From: Halieaceae bacterium
GTDB lineage: Bacteria > Pseudomonadota > Gammaproteobacteria > Pseudomonadales > Halieaceae
Reading direction: 5' to 3'
Length of the DNA: 64,000 nucleotides
Assembly (NCBI GenBank): GCA_047618115.1
Contig: JBLHKV010000001.1
Span: 267-64,266 of the forward strand
The notes beneath the pieces were generated by a model that did not search any database, had not been told where the DNA came from, and saw nothing but the letters and a program-made list of their open reading frames with translations. The position numbers were made by a program, and so were the translations under genes. Shown here one piece after another: positions 26,543 to 35,949 of the stretch; the stretch's first letter is position 1, and each line of letters begins with the position of its first letter.

Positions 26543-26757
26543 AAGCTTCGACCAAGCAAACAAACGCTCGACCGAAGCTTTCGCGCGAGGGGGTTCAGCG
26601 AGATATTCAACCATGATATTTATCCTTTCCCATTCCTCGACAGCTGGGCATTGCCCTATGCTGCCACACCAAACGCCGCTGCGACTCGAATCATGAAGTG
26701 TAGTTCATTCGATAATCATTGTGCGCCGTCACAACATTCATCGCCACGCAACTCAGG

Positions 26758-29154
26758 TTATCGATCTATACGATAATGGACCGACTCCAGAGTTCCCTGG
26801 AAAGGGAAAGGCGCACGGTACTCTTTGGAAACAGCGGTGCGCTGGTCACGCCCAATATCGAGCCCCTCCCAGGTGCTTTTGGGCACCGGCCGCAGAAACG
26901 GCGCGCTGCCAATGACTTTTCCATCGACAAGTAAGGTCATTTTCCCAGTTCTCAACCCTCGATGTGAGAAACTTCCATCACTGCTCGCTTCGCCGTTTTT
27001 CTCACTCTGTTTATCGTTTTCATCCCGGCTGAATTTTGCCTGCAACTCTATACGACCTTTCGGCAAAGGCTGACTGGAGCGCACCTGCGTGTACTCACCA
27101 CCAATATTGGCACCGTAGTAAAGGTGGTTATCTTTTATGAAGAACGTGTAGCCCACATCGTAGCCCCCCATAGCGGCAAGCACGCCCTCCTGCTCGGTGC
27201 TGTCTCGATCAGCGTTAGCAACAAGAGTGAAGTTACGTCCATAGAGGAGAGGGGCATGGATATTATGAATGGTGTCGGCGCCAGGATTGTAGTCGTAGCG
27301 CTTATAGTTAACGGACCCCATTCGAGCGAGAGAGCGAAAGGCTCGCTTGATTATCGGCTCGTCATGGATCGGTAATACGTTGTAGCGCTCCGCAGCCTCC
27401 CACCATTTCTTTTCGAGGACTTTCACCTTCTCGGGAAATTGTGCGGCAAGGTTGTTGTTTTCCGAAAAATCTTCATTCAAGTTATACAATTCCCAATCGA
27501 CGGAATCATAGGGCTGCCCCGGTTTTATTCGGGTGACTATCTTCCAGCCATCTGCAACATAGGCGCGATTAGCCTCCAACTCATAGTACTGTTCTGTTTT
27601 CCGACTCTTGTGGGGTGATTCATTAAACGTATAGGCCATTGAGGTTCCCTCAATCGGCCGCAGTGACTCACCGCGGAATGAAGCAGGCATGTCGATGCCG
27701 ATTGCTTCAAGAATAGTCGGGGTAATATCGTTTATATGATGAAACTGTGGGCGTATCTCACCGCCCTCCTCTATTCCCTGCGGCCAATGAATAATCAACG
27801 GGTCGCGAACTCCACCACCATGCGTGGTTGCCTTGGCCAACTTGAAAGGTGTATTGCTGACCTGAAGCCAACCGTGGGGATAATTGGGGTGCGTTTCCGG
27901 TCCGCCAATCTTGTCGATGTCGCGCATATTTTTTTCGGTGGTGTCTGCTATCCCATTAAAGTAACGGGTTGCCATTGTAGTGCCGACGGTACCTGTCTCC
28001 TTGCTCGCCCCGTTATCTGAAGTGACGACGATAATCGTGTTGTCCAGCTCTCCCGACTCTTCCAGATAAGCAATCAACTTGCCGATTTGCTGATCGGTAT
28101 TGTCGAGATAGGCCGCGTAGTTTTCCTGCAATCGCGCAGACACAAGCCGCTCGTCATCCGCAAGCTCGGACCACGGCTTTACCTTTGGATAGTGGGGTGT
28201 GAGCTCAGTATTCTCCGGAACAATTCCCAGCGCCTTCTGCTTCGCTAACCTCTTGCTCCTAATGACATCGTAACCCTCGTCGTAACGGCCTCGGTATTTT
28301 TCCCTGTCCCGGGGCAGTGTGTGGTGAGGCGCATGAGTGGCCGTCGTTGCGTAATAGAGAAAAAATGGCTTGCTTCGACTCGCAGCTCGCTGTGCCCTGA
28401 GCATGTCGATCGCCTGCTCTGTTATCGCATCTGGAAAGTAAAAGCTGCCATCCTGCGGGACATCGATCACACGATTACCCTCGTAAACGTACGCGGGATT
28501 CCACTGATTGCTCTCGCCATCAAGTATGCCCCAGAACTGTTCAAACCCACGCTGCATCGGCCAGGAATCGAACGGCCCGGCCGCCGACAGATGTGCCGAG
28601 TTCGTCAAATGCCATTTACCGACCATAAACGTGTTGTAGCCGTTTTCACGCAGGACCTCAGGCAAGGTCATCACGTCACTGCGAATCTCGCCGCGATAGC
28701 CTGGAAATCCGCTGTTCATGTTTGCCAGCCATCCCACACCTGCTGAATGATGGTTCAAGCCGGTCAGGAGAGCCGCCCGAGAAGGAGAACAAACTGCCGT
28801 CGTCGTAAAATTGTTGTAGCGCAGCCCTTCAGCCGAGAGTCTATCGATACCGGGTGTGTTGATTTCAGATCCAAACGCACCAAAATCTGCAAACCCGGTA
28901 TCGTCAAGTATGATGACCAACACATTGGGGGCACTTTCAGGTGCCGAAGGCTCTTGCTCCCAAACAGGCTCTGCGTAACGGCTGGAAGTAGGCTTGGCGC
29001 CTTCGTTTAAAGAAAATGCCAGCTCCGCCCTTACAACAAGAGAACAAAATAAAACGGCCAGCAGTGCGACAGAGAAACTGGTTCCGCTCCTTCCGTTGTT
29101 AGCGCCCGTGGCGACCACCGCCTTGCGAGTAAGATCAAACATATCCTGTGGCAC
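26758..29154 (-). CDS. exported Cys-type (formylglycine) sulfatase, long form (798 aa)
   Basis: CSPSRAALLTGLNHH (C-x-P-x-R). GTG start at 29154 with GGGAGGA 7 nt upstream. Hydrophobic N-terminus. A C-terminal extension of about 250 aa ends in a lectin/ConA-like-looking segment. Confidence 0.93.
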   Translation of the reverse strand: MPQDMFDLTRKAVVATGANNGRSGTSFSVALLAVLFCSLVVRAELAFSLNEGAKPTSSRYAEPVWEQEPSAPESAPNVLVIILDDTGFADFGAFGSEINTPGIDRLSAEGLRYNNFTTTAVCSPSRAALLTGLNHHSAGVGWLANMNSGFPGYRGEIRSDVMTLPEVLRENGYNTFMVGKWHLTNSAHLSAAGPFDSWPMQRGFEQFWGILDGESNQWNPAYVYEGNRVIDVPQDGSFYFPDAITEQAIDMLRAQRAASRSKPFFLYYATTATHAPHHTLPRDREKYRGRYDEGYDVIRSKRLAKQKALGIVPENTELTPHYPKVKPWSELADDERLVSARLQENYAAYLDNTDQQIGKLIAYLEESGELDNTIIVVTSDNGASKETGTVGTTMATRYFNGIADTTEKNMRDIDKIGGPETHPNYPHGWLQVSNTPFKLAKATTHGGGVRDPLIIHWPQGIEEGGEIRPQFHHINDITPTILEAIGIDMPASFRGESLRPIEGTSMAYTFNESPHKSRKTEQYYELEANRAYVADGWKIVTRIKPGQPYDSVDWELYNLNEDFSENNNLAAQFPEKVKVLEKKWWEAAERYNVLPIHDEPIIKRAFRSLARMGSVNYKRYDYNPGADTIHNIHAPLLYGRNFTLVANADRDSTEQEGVLAAMGGYDVGYTFFIKDNHLYYGANIGGEYTQVRSSQPLPKGRIELQAKFSRDENDKQSEKNGEASSDGSFSHRGLRTGKMTLLVDGKVIGSAPFLRPVPKSTWEGLDIGRDQRTAVSKEYRAPFPFQGTLESVHYRIDR

Positions 29155-29157
29155 GCT

Positions 29158-30306
29158 TCAGTCCTCCCTGCCAGGGTCTACCGGGTGGACCTTGAGGTAG
29201 TCCGCGAAATACGGCTCGAGATCCTTTTTACTATAGCCCCACTCTTCCAGCGAGTAAGAGTGCTTGCCAAAGCGGTTCTGCGGGTTTTCCTGCAGCCATT
29301 GTTGCATTCCGGATTCCGCCGCTTGCGTCCACTCATCCCCCAGCCAGCGATAAACTTTTTTCAACGCTGCGACAGGATCTTGCATCAGGTCGTCGTAGTA
29401 CAAGTTGTAAATATCGTCCGGGCGCTGTTTAGCCATCTCCAGCGGGCGCCGCAGATGAAGAGAGAGTTGCAGCGGCCATTTACAGCGCATGTAGTCCGCA
29501 TCGACGCTTTTGTTAAACAGCTTCAGCGCGTTAGCGCGCATGCTGAATGAACTGGCAAAAGCCGCATAGGGGTCGCGGTGAGTCCAGATCACCTTCGCGT
29601 CGGGGAAGGTGCTGAATACATAGGGGATAAACACGGAGTCGGAAGGCATCTTCAACACCCAACGCCCCGGGTTCCTGGTTTGAAGTACCTGCAGCGCCCG
29701 CTTGCGGTGTTCGTAAGCTGAGCTCATGTCGCAATCCAGCAACCAGTCCGCATAGATGGGAGTCGGCGTCATCGCCATAAACATCATGGAACGGAAATCC
29801 TGGGCGAGCAGGTGGACGCATTCGGTGGGACCGTCTGCGGGTTCGAAGTGGGTTTTCACCCCGTCTGGGTTTTGCTTGATGATCTGCTCGTCAAAAGACT
29901 TTTCGGCCACGCAACGCTCGTCGCTGCGCAGCGCTCCGGGCGCGGCGGGTGGCGCCACGTTATTGGCTTCCCAGCGCAGCATGGAGCGGTTGGCCGGATC
30001 CGCGTCCATCAGGTAACTGGTCATGGTAGTACCGGTGCGCACCAGGCCGAGGATAATTACCGGCCGCTTGATGGGGTTCTCCAGCACATCCGGATGCTGG
30101 CGGATGTGCTCGTCAACGCGCATTCGATTGACCAGTGCGCCAACGTAGCGGCCTTTCAGCCTCTGCTCTCCCTGCTCGGTCAACAACTGCGAGCGAGCGT
30201 GATCACGAAGGAGAATCCCCAACCCCTCCTGCCAGGTATCCCTTTCCGGGTCGGGTAGCTGTGCAGTCTCGCGAGCGGACCGCACAATTTCGTCAAATGT
30301 CAGCAT
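29158..30306 (-). CDS. PAPS-type sulfotransferase family protein (paralog 2 of 3)
   Basis: Start re-called to the ATG at 30306 (GGAGG 6 nt upstream, inside the preceding gene). GLVRTGTTMTSYLM and IWTHRDPYAAFASSFS. No signal peptide. Confidence 0.85.
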   Translation of the reverse strand: MLTFDEIVRSARETAQLPDPERDTWQEGLGILLRDHARSQLLTEQGEQRLKGRYVGALVNRMRVDEHIRQHPDVLENPIKRPVIILGLVRTGTTMTSYLMDADPANRSMLRWEANNVAPPAAPGALRSDERCVAEKSFDEQIIKQNPDGVKTHFEPADGPTECVHLLAQDFRSMMFMAMTPTPIYADWLLDCDMSSAYEHRKRALQVLQTRNPGRWVLKMPSDSVFIPYVFSTFPDAKVIWTHRDPYAAFASSFSMRANALKLFNKSVDADYMRCKWPLQLSLHLRRPLEMAKQRPDDIYNLYYDDLMQDPVAALKKVYRWLGDEWTQAAESGMQQWLQENPQNRFGKHSYSLEEWGYSKKDLEPYFADYLKVHPVDPGRED

Positions 30307-31333
30307 GCTTGCCTCCGCCTCTCTCTGGTGTGGCGCATACCGCGCGCAGCGCATACCAGTCCATCGCATCATTTACTGTCTCGGCTACTGGTCTGGGATT
30401 CCAGTGCAAATCGCGACGGGCCTTACTGTTATCCATTTCCTTAAACGCAGCAGATAAAAACACTGCGTCTTTACTCAACATCGAATCTTTAATAGCAAAC
30501 AGCTTGATAAATACCTCGGCCACACTAGTGACAGCAACGGCGACTCCATGCGGGATGAAGCGCAAAGCTTCATGCTCGCCCCATGTAGTGGCCAGCCCGT
30601 AGAGATCGCGGTTACTAATGTACTCGTTCGCAATAATGTAACGCTCACCAATGTGACCATTTGTCTCTGCTGATATTGCCGCCGCTGCCACATCGCGAAT
30701 ATCCACCATTGGCGCACTGGTATCCATAGCGCGCGTTGCCTTCCCCGAACCCGCTTGCCACAGCGCTCCACCGTGAGGCGTGGGCTGATAGTCTTGAGGG
30801 CCATACGTATTTGCTACACACAGAGCAACACCCGGCAGCCCTTTGTGTTCGCAGTAGTCCATAAAGCGCTCCTCTGCTTGGAGGCGAGCGAGAATGTAAG
30901 CTGAAGCCTTGTCGCGCCAGTTAAATTCAATCTCTTCGGTAACCGCACCATTGGCGTTAAATCCCAGCGTACCCATGGTGCTGGTGAAGATAAAATGCTG
31001 AATGCCGCAAGCCAGCGCTGCATCCATCGCATTCACTAACCCATCCACATTGTTCTGATAAAGAGGCGTTGGATCTGACAACCAGAAACGCGCGTCCACA
31101 ACACTGTAAAAAACCGAGCTGCAGCCCTGCATTGCGACGCGCAGGGATTCCGGGTCCAACACATCACCGTAGTAAATTTCTACCGGCAAATCCTGCACGG
31201 CTTCTACGCTGCTGGTCTTGCGCAACAGCACGCGGACTTTGCGCCCGGCGCTGACTAACGCTCTGGCCGTGTGACTACCTACAAAGCCACTTGCGCCCGC
31301 TACCAGTACTGGCTTCTCGTCCGGGGTTTTCAT
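30293..31333 (-). CDS. extended-SDR NAD-dependent epimerase/dehydratase family, 3beta-hydroxysteroid dehydrogenase/isomerase-like
   Basis: 346 aa. PVLVAGASGFVGSHTARALVSAGRKVRVLLRK. Its ATG overlaps the upstream sulfatase stop (ATGA at 31330..31333). Confidence 0.8.
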   Translation of the reverse strand: MKTPDEKPVLVAGASGFVGSHTARALVSAGRKVRVLLRKTSSVEAVQDLPVEIYYGDVLDPESLRVAMQGCSSVFYSVVDARFWLSDPTPLYQNNVDGLVNAMDAALACGIQHFIFTSTMGTLGFNANGAVTEEIEFNWRDKASAYILARLQAEERFMDYCEHKGLPGVALCVANTYGPQDYQPTPHGGALWQAGSGKATRAMDTSAPMVDIRDVAAAAISAETNGHIGERYIIANEYISNRDLYGLATTWGEHEALRFIPHGVAVAVTSVAEVFIKLFAIKDSMLSKDAVFLSAAFKEMDNSKARRDLHWNPRPVAETVNDAMDWYALRAVCATPERGGGKHADI

Positions 31334-33705
31334 TTCGCAGGCAGTTTGAGCTTTACCTCAACCTTGTTAATCTGGCCGTTAAACACACCCTCGTGACTGT
31401 AATCCGGTGAAACTGGAACGTTAGTATCGCGCCCCGTATCGAAGGTCTCGCCATTTCCAGCCAGCATTTTCGGACGCTTGGCGATGCGGCCATTGGCCAC
31501 TTTTTTGCCATCAACAAAAATACTCATTGACCCTCCGGTGGCGTCGGTACTATTAAAATCAAACTTGATTCGATGCCGCCCGGGAGAGAGCGGATGTACG
31601 GCAGCAACTCTGGATTGAGCACCGGGCAGTGGTAAGCCGGATACAGAGGCGTAAGCTACCGGTTTGCCTGCGTCCAGGTAAAAGCTCCAACCGCCAAACT
31701 TACTGCCTGCTGCTGTTATGACACCTCTGCCGCCCTCCGCCGGTATTTCCACATCGGCCTCGAGACTGAATGGAAGGTAAAACATGGGCGGCGCGACACC
31801 GAACTGCAGTTGGATGCCCTCACCCCAATAAACGTAATGCATGCGCGGCATTTCCCCGGAGGCACTGGCAGCCGCCCTTCCCCGTATCTGGCCACCCGCA
31901 TCCTGTAGCGGATAAACATTGTACTTGCGAGCTTCCCTATCAAATATTCCCTGCAGCTCTTTCAGCTTTTGCGGATGGCTAGCTGCGATATTAGTGCTCT
32001 GACTAAAATCTTCGCGCAGATTGTACAATTCCCAGGTGTAGGTAGAGGTATCTGTCGGTTGCTGCACTGGCATATCCCAGGACATATTGCGCGGGGTCGT
32101 ATTCGCCAGCCAGCCGTCGTGATAAATCCCGCGGTTCCCGTGAATTTCGTAGTACTGGGTAACGCGGGTTGACGCTGCACCCGCATTGTCGAAGCTGTAA
32201 AACATGCTGACACCATCGATCGGTTGCTGCTCAACCCCATCGACTCGATCCGGCGCTTTCACACCTGCCGCTTCTAACAGCGTTGGCATCACATCGATCA
32301 CATGATGGTACTGACTTCTCAATTGATCCTGCTGCGTGATACGCGCCGGCCAGGAGATAACCATTCCGTTGCGCATACTGCCCAGATGCGAAGCAATTTG
32401 TTTGAACCAGGGGAAAGGCGTATCTGTGGCAAGGGCCCATCCGATCTGATAACCCTGGTAGGTGTCCTCACCTCCAAGAACATCCAGGTGATCGGCCAGC
32501 CAGTTCACGTCAATTCCATGCACGCCAGTGGAAAGATCAATCATCTCATTCACGGTACCGGCAACACTGCCTTCGCCACTGGAACCGTTATCGCCCTGGA
32601 GGAAAAGCACCAGAGTGTTATCCGCAAGGCCCATTCGTTCCAGCTCATCCATAAGGCGACCGAACTGAGCGTCCTGATAGGCCAGCTGGGCTGTGTAGAC
32701 TTCCATGAAGCGCGCGAACACTTTTTGTTGTTTTATGGTCAGGCCGTCCCAGGCCGGAACCTGCTCCGGCCGGGGTGCAAGTAGCGTATCGGTGGGAATC
32801 ACACCCATTGATTTCTGGCGCTCCAGAATAATCTCTCGCTCTACATCCCAGCCGTGGTCGAACTTCCCGTGAAATCGGGCAATCCAGTCGGCGGGTGCCT
32901 GGTGAGGAGCGTGCGCAGAACCGGGAGCGTAGTAAATAAAGAATGGCTTGTCGGGGGCAGCGGCTTTCTGATTGTGAATCCAGTTGATGGCTTTGTCCGC
33001 TAACTCTGCATCTAACAAATATCCCTGTGGACGATTCGGGTCCGCAACCGGGCTAATACCTTCGTACAGTGCCGGTTGCCACTGGTCGGAATCACCCGCG
33101 ATAAACCCATAAAAATATTCGAACCCGCGCCCCGTAGGCCACTGATCAAAAGGCCCCGCGGGAGATCTTTCGCGTTGAGGTATATTGTGATCCTTGCCGA
33201 ACATGGCAGTGCTGTAGCCGTTGTCGCGCAAAATTCTGGCTACAGTCGCTGCAGAAGGAGGGATATGTGCGGTATAGCCAGGAAAGGATGTGGGAATGTC
33301 CACCAACGTGCCCAAGCCTACGGCGTGGTGATTGCGGCCTGTTAGCAGAGCGGCTCTTGTGGGGGAACAAAGTGCAGTGGTGTGGAACTGATTGTACAGC
33401 AACCCGCGCTGCGCCAATCGGTCCAGAGTCGGTGTCGGGGCGGGCCCACCAAAGGTACTGGTCGAAGCAAAACCAACGTCATCAGTCATCACCAGCAGAA
33501 TGTTTGGTGCATTTTTCGGGGCTTTTATCTCCGCAAGATTGAACGGCGTAGATTCAGTTTCACTGGGTTCAAGATTCCCCCGAAAGGTGTTGTACGGAAT
33601 CGGTAGAACACTTCGGCCAACAGACTCTGGTACCTGGGAGTAGGCGGGAAACCCGACAAAAAACGACTGCAGTAAAAACGCGGCAACCAGTGCTGAAAAT
33701 CTCAT
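31330..33705 (-). CDS. exported Cys-type (formylglycine) sulfatase, long form (791 aa)
   Basis: CSPTRAALLTGRNHH. Start re-called to the ATG at 33705 (MRFSALVAAFLLQSFFVGFPAYSQ signal peptide; GGAG 7 nt upstream). C-terminal extension as in 26758..29154. Confidence 0.93.
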   Translation of the reverse strand: MRFSALVAAFLLQSFFVGFPAYSQVPESVGRSVLPIPYNTFRGNLEPSETESTPFNLAEIKAPKNAPNILLVMTDDVGFASTSTFGGPAPTPTLDRLAQRGLLYNQFHTTALCSPTRAALLTGRNHHAVGLGTLVDIPTSFPGYTAHIPPSAATVARILRDNGYSTAMFGKDHNIPQRERSPAGPFDQWPTGRGFEYFYGFIAGDSDQWQPALYEGISPVADPNRPQGYLLDAELADKAINWIHNQKAAAPDKPFFIYYAPGSAHAPHQAPADWIARFHGKFDHGWDVEREIILERQKSMGVIPTDTLLAPRPEQVPAWDGLTIKQQKVFARFMEVYTAQLAYQDAQFGRLMDELERMGLADNTLVLFLQGDNGSSGEGSVAGTVNEMIDLSTGVHGIDVNWLADHLDVLGGEDTYQGYQIGWALATDTPFPWFKQIASHLGSMRNGMVISWPARITQQDQLRSQYHHVIDVMPTLLEAAGVKAPDRVDGVEQQPIDGVSMFYSFDNAGAASTRVTQYYEIHGNRGIYHDGWLANTTPRNMSWDMPVQQPTDTSTYTWELYNLREDFSQSTNIAASHPQKLKELQGIFDREARKYNVYPLQDAGGQIRGRAAASASGEMPRMHYVYWGEGIQLQFGVAPPMFYLPFSLEADVEIPAEGGRGVITAAGSKFGGWSFYLDAGKPVAYASVSGLPLPGAQSRVAAVHPLSPGRHRIKFDFNSTDATGGSMSIFVDGKKVANGRIAKRPKMLAGNGETFDTGRDTNVPVSPDYSHEGVFNGQINKVEVKLKLPAK

Positions 33706-33761
33706 AAACACTCCAGGAATTTTGCTTGTTGACACCTAACCTCACACCGAGACTGGCCGCC

Positions 33762-34505
33762 CTAACTAAACTGATAGGACTCGAGAAAATCGCCGAAGGC
33801 TCTTACCAACCGCGCTGCGTCCGCACCGTTGATTACCCGATGGTCATAACTCAACGACAGCGGCAGCAGTTTGCGCAGCTCCGGCTTCTCCTCTGCATCA
33901 GGCACGAAGCGCTCCTGAGTGCGAGTGATACCGAGTATCGCCACTTCCGGGGCATTGATGATCGGCGTAAAAGCAGTACCACCAATATGTCCCAACGATG
34001 ACAGGGTAAAACAACCGCCCGACATTTCCGTCATGGCCAGACCCTTGCCGCGTGCTTTGTCAGAAAGCGCAACAATATCTTCGGCAATTTCATCAAGATT
34101 TTTTTTATCACAATCGCGCACTACGGGAACCAGCAAACCGCCGGGCACATCAACCGCAAAACCAATATGGTAGTACTGTTTGGTGTAGAGCGTTGTTCCA
34201 TCGGCACTGAGTGAACTGTTGTACTGCGGGTATTGCTGCAGAGCCGACACAGCGGCCTTCATCAGCACCGGTAACAAGGTTCTCTTGCGCTCCAGGTTGG
34301 CAACATTCCATGCCTTGCGGCGTTCTTCAAAGCTGCTGATATCAACATCATCATGATGTGTCACATGCGGAATGGAATTCCAGTTGCGGTGCATAACACG
34401 GCCAACATGTTGCTGGACGCGCCCCAGCTTTGCAGCTTCAACCGGGCCATAGACAGAAAAGTCTTCTTCTGGCCAAGGCAGCGAGGGCGGTGTTTTCTCG
34501 CTCAT
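33762..34505 (-). CDS. stand-alone 2-oxoacid dehydrogenase E2-type acyltransferase catalytic domain (no lipoyl or E1/E3-binding domains)
   Basis: 247 aa, collinear with E2 cores (..IPHVTHHDDVDIS..HIGFAVDVPGGLLVPVVRD..GGCFTLSSLG..PEVAILG..LSLSYDHRVINGADAARL). The catalytic His is present. The Asp of the DHRxxDG motif is Asn here. Confidence 0.85.
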   Translation of the reverse strand: MSEKTPPSLPWPEEDFSVYGPVEAAKLGRVQQHVGRVMHRNWNSIPHVTHHDDVDISSFEERRKAWNVANLERKRTLLPVLMKAAVSALQQYPQYNSSLSADGTTLYTKQYYHIGFAVDVPGGLLVPVVRDCDKKNLDEIAEDIVALSDKARGKGLAMTEMSGGCFTLSSLGHIGGTAFTPIINAPEVAILGITRTQERFVPDAEEKPELRKLLPLSLSYDHRVINGADAARLVRAFGDFLESYQFS

Positions 34506-34536
34506 CGCGAAGTCTCCTTCACTGTCCCGGCAGCCA

Positions 34537-35790
34537 TCAAATGCGCTCGATGATCATCGCAGGTGCCATACCACCCGCAGCACACATGGTTATAAGCCCA
34601 TAGCGCCCACCGGTGCGCTCCAGTTCATCCAGCGCCGTACCTATTAAAATTGCTCCGGTTGCAGCGATAGGATGACCCAGCGCCATAGAGCCGCCATTCA
34701 CATTCACCTTTTCACGGTCGAGATCGAGGTCGCGAATGAACTTCTCGACCACCACGGCAAAGGCTTCATTCACTTCCCAAATATCAATATCCTCTTTACT
34801 CAAGCCGGCCTTTGCGAGCACTTTTTCAGCCGCAGGCACGGGGGCGTTAAGCATTAGCGTTGGATCGTCGCCGACATTGGCCATGGCAACAATACGCGCA
34901 CGCGGCTTCAGCCCGTGTTTTTCTGCGTAGTCTTTCGAGGCCAGTACGATGGCAGCCGCGCCATCGACAACACCAGAGGAGATACCAACGTGGTGCAGCG
35001 GCTTGATCTCCAGGTCCGGGTATTTTTGCTTGATCAATTCGACATAGGTTAAGCCATCGGGCTGCGACGGCATGTTGTAGAACATTTCGAATGCGGGTTT
35101 GAGTCCGGCCATACTCTCCAGCGTGGTTTCCGGGCGGGGATATTCCTCGTGATCCAGAAGTACATTGCCATCGTCGTCGCGCACGGTAATTGTTGATTTG
35201 TCGAAGCGGCCCTCTTCAATCGCTTTCGCCGCACGTCGTTGGCTCTCTACACCCAGCACTTCAAGTTCTTCGCGCGTGATTCCCTCCATCGCGGCAACCG
35301 CATCTGCACAGACTCCCTGGTTTGACTGCGGATGCACTGCCTGCAACCTCGGGTTACCCACGCCCATGCCGAGGGAGCCAACGCCAGCTTCACGCTGCTT
35401 CATACCGAACATAGTGACATAGGAGAGCATCTCCGAGCCTCCGGCAATCACCAGATCTTCCATACCCGACATGATCTGGCCGGCGGCAAGACTGGTGGCG
35501 GTGAGGCCACTGCCGCAGAAACGATTAAGCGTTACCCCGCTTGCACGGATATCGTAGCCCGCATCTAGCGCCGCCATGCGGCCGACGTCTCCCGCCTGCA
35601 GGCCAATCTGGCCCGAAACTCCCCAAATAACATCGTCTACATCTGCCGTATTGAGCCCGTTGCGCTCCTGAACAGCCGTGAGCACGGTTGCAGCGAGGTG
35701 TTCCGGGTGCATCTGTGACAGTGCGCCCTTGCCCATCTTGCCAAGCCCTCGCGGGGTGCGGACCGCATCGATGATATACGCTTCAGACAT
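34537..35790 (-). CDS. acetyl-CoA C-acyltransferase (degradative thiolase)
   Basis: Start re-called to the ATG at 35790 (GGAGAG upstream). NRFCGSGL active-site Cys. GHPIAATG. C-terminal MCAAGGMA. Confidence 0.92.
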   Translation of the reverse strand: MSEAYIIDAVRTPRGLGKMGKGALSQMHPEHLAATVLTAVQERNGLNTADVDDVIWGVSGQIGLQAGDVGRMAALDAGYDIRASGVTLNRFCGSGLTATSLAAGQIMSGMEDLVIAGGSEMLSYVTMFGMKQREAGVGSLGMGVGNPRLQAVHPQSNQGVCADAVAAMEGITREELEVLGVESQRRAAKAIEEGRFDKSTITVRDDDGNVLLDHEEYPRPETTLESMAGLKPAFEMFYNMPSQPDGLTYVELIKQKYPDLEIKPLHHVGISSGVVDGAAAIVLASKDYAEKHGLKPRARIVAMANVGDDPTLMLNAPVPAAEKVLAKAGLSKEDIDIWEVNEAFAVVVEKFIRDLDLDREKVNVNGGSMALGHPIAATGAILIGTALDELERTGGRYGLITMCAAGGMAPAMIIERI

Positions 35791-35949
35791 AAGACTCTCC
35801 ATAGGTAAAATGACCTCGCAATGGCGCAAGCCAAACGAGAAAAACTATACACCCACGATAACCCTTATTCAACATTGTTGTTTATAATGAAACCAAAACG
35901 CGGCATAGTGGTTATCCAGCATCTGACTGTGTGGACGACAGGAGCTTCA

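Noticed and set aside
24419-26776. Very long alternative-frame ORFs (24419..25735 at 438 aa on the plus strand, 25817..26776 at 319 aa on the plus strand, 25746..26474 at 242 aa on the minus strand) overlapping the tannase-like gene
   Set aside because: Their translations are Arg/Pro/Gly/Ala-rich and low in complexity, with no motifs. They are the expected artefact of a GC3-rich gene whose real frame (24386..26542, minus) has clear family motifs and a signal peptide.
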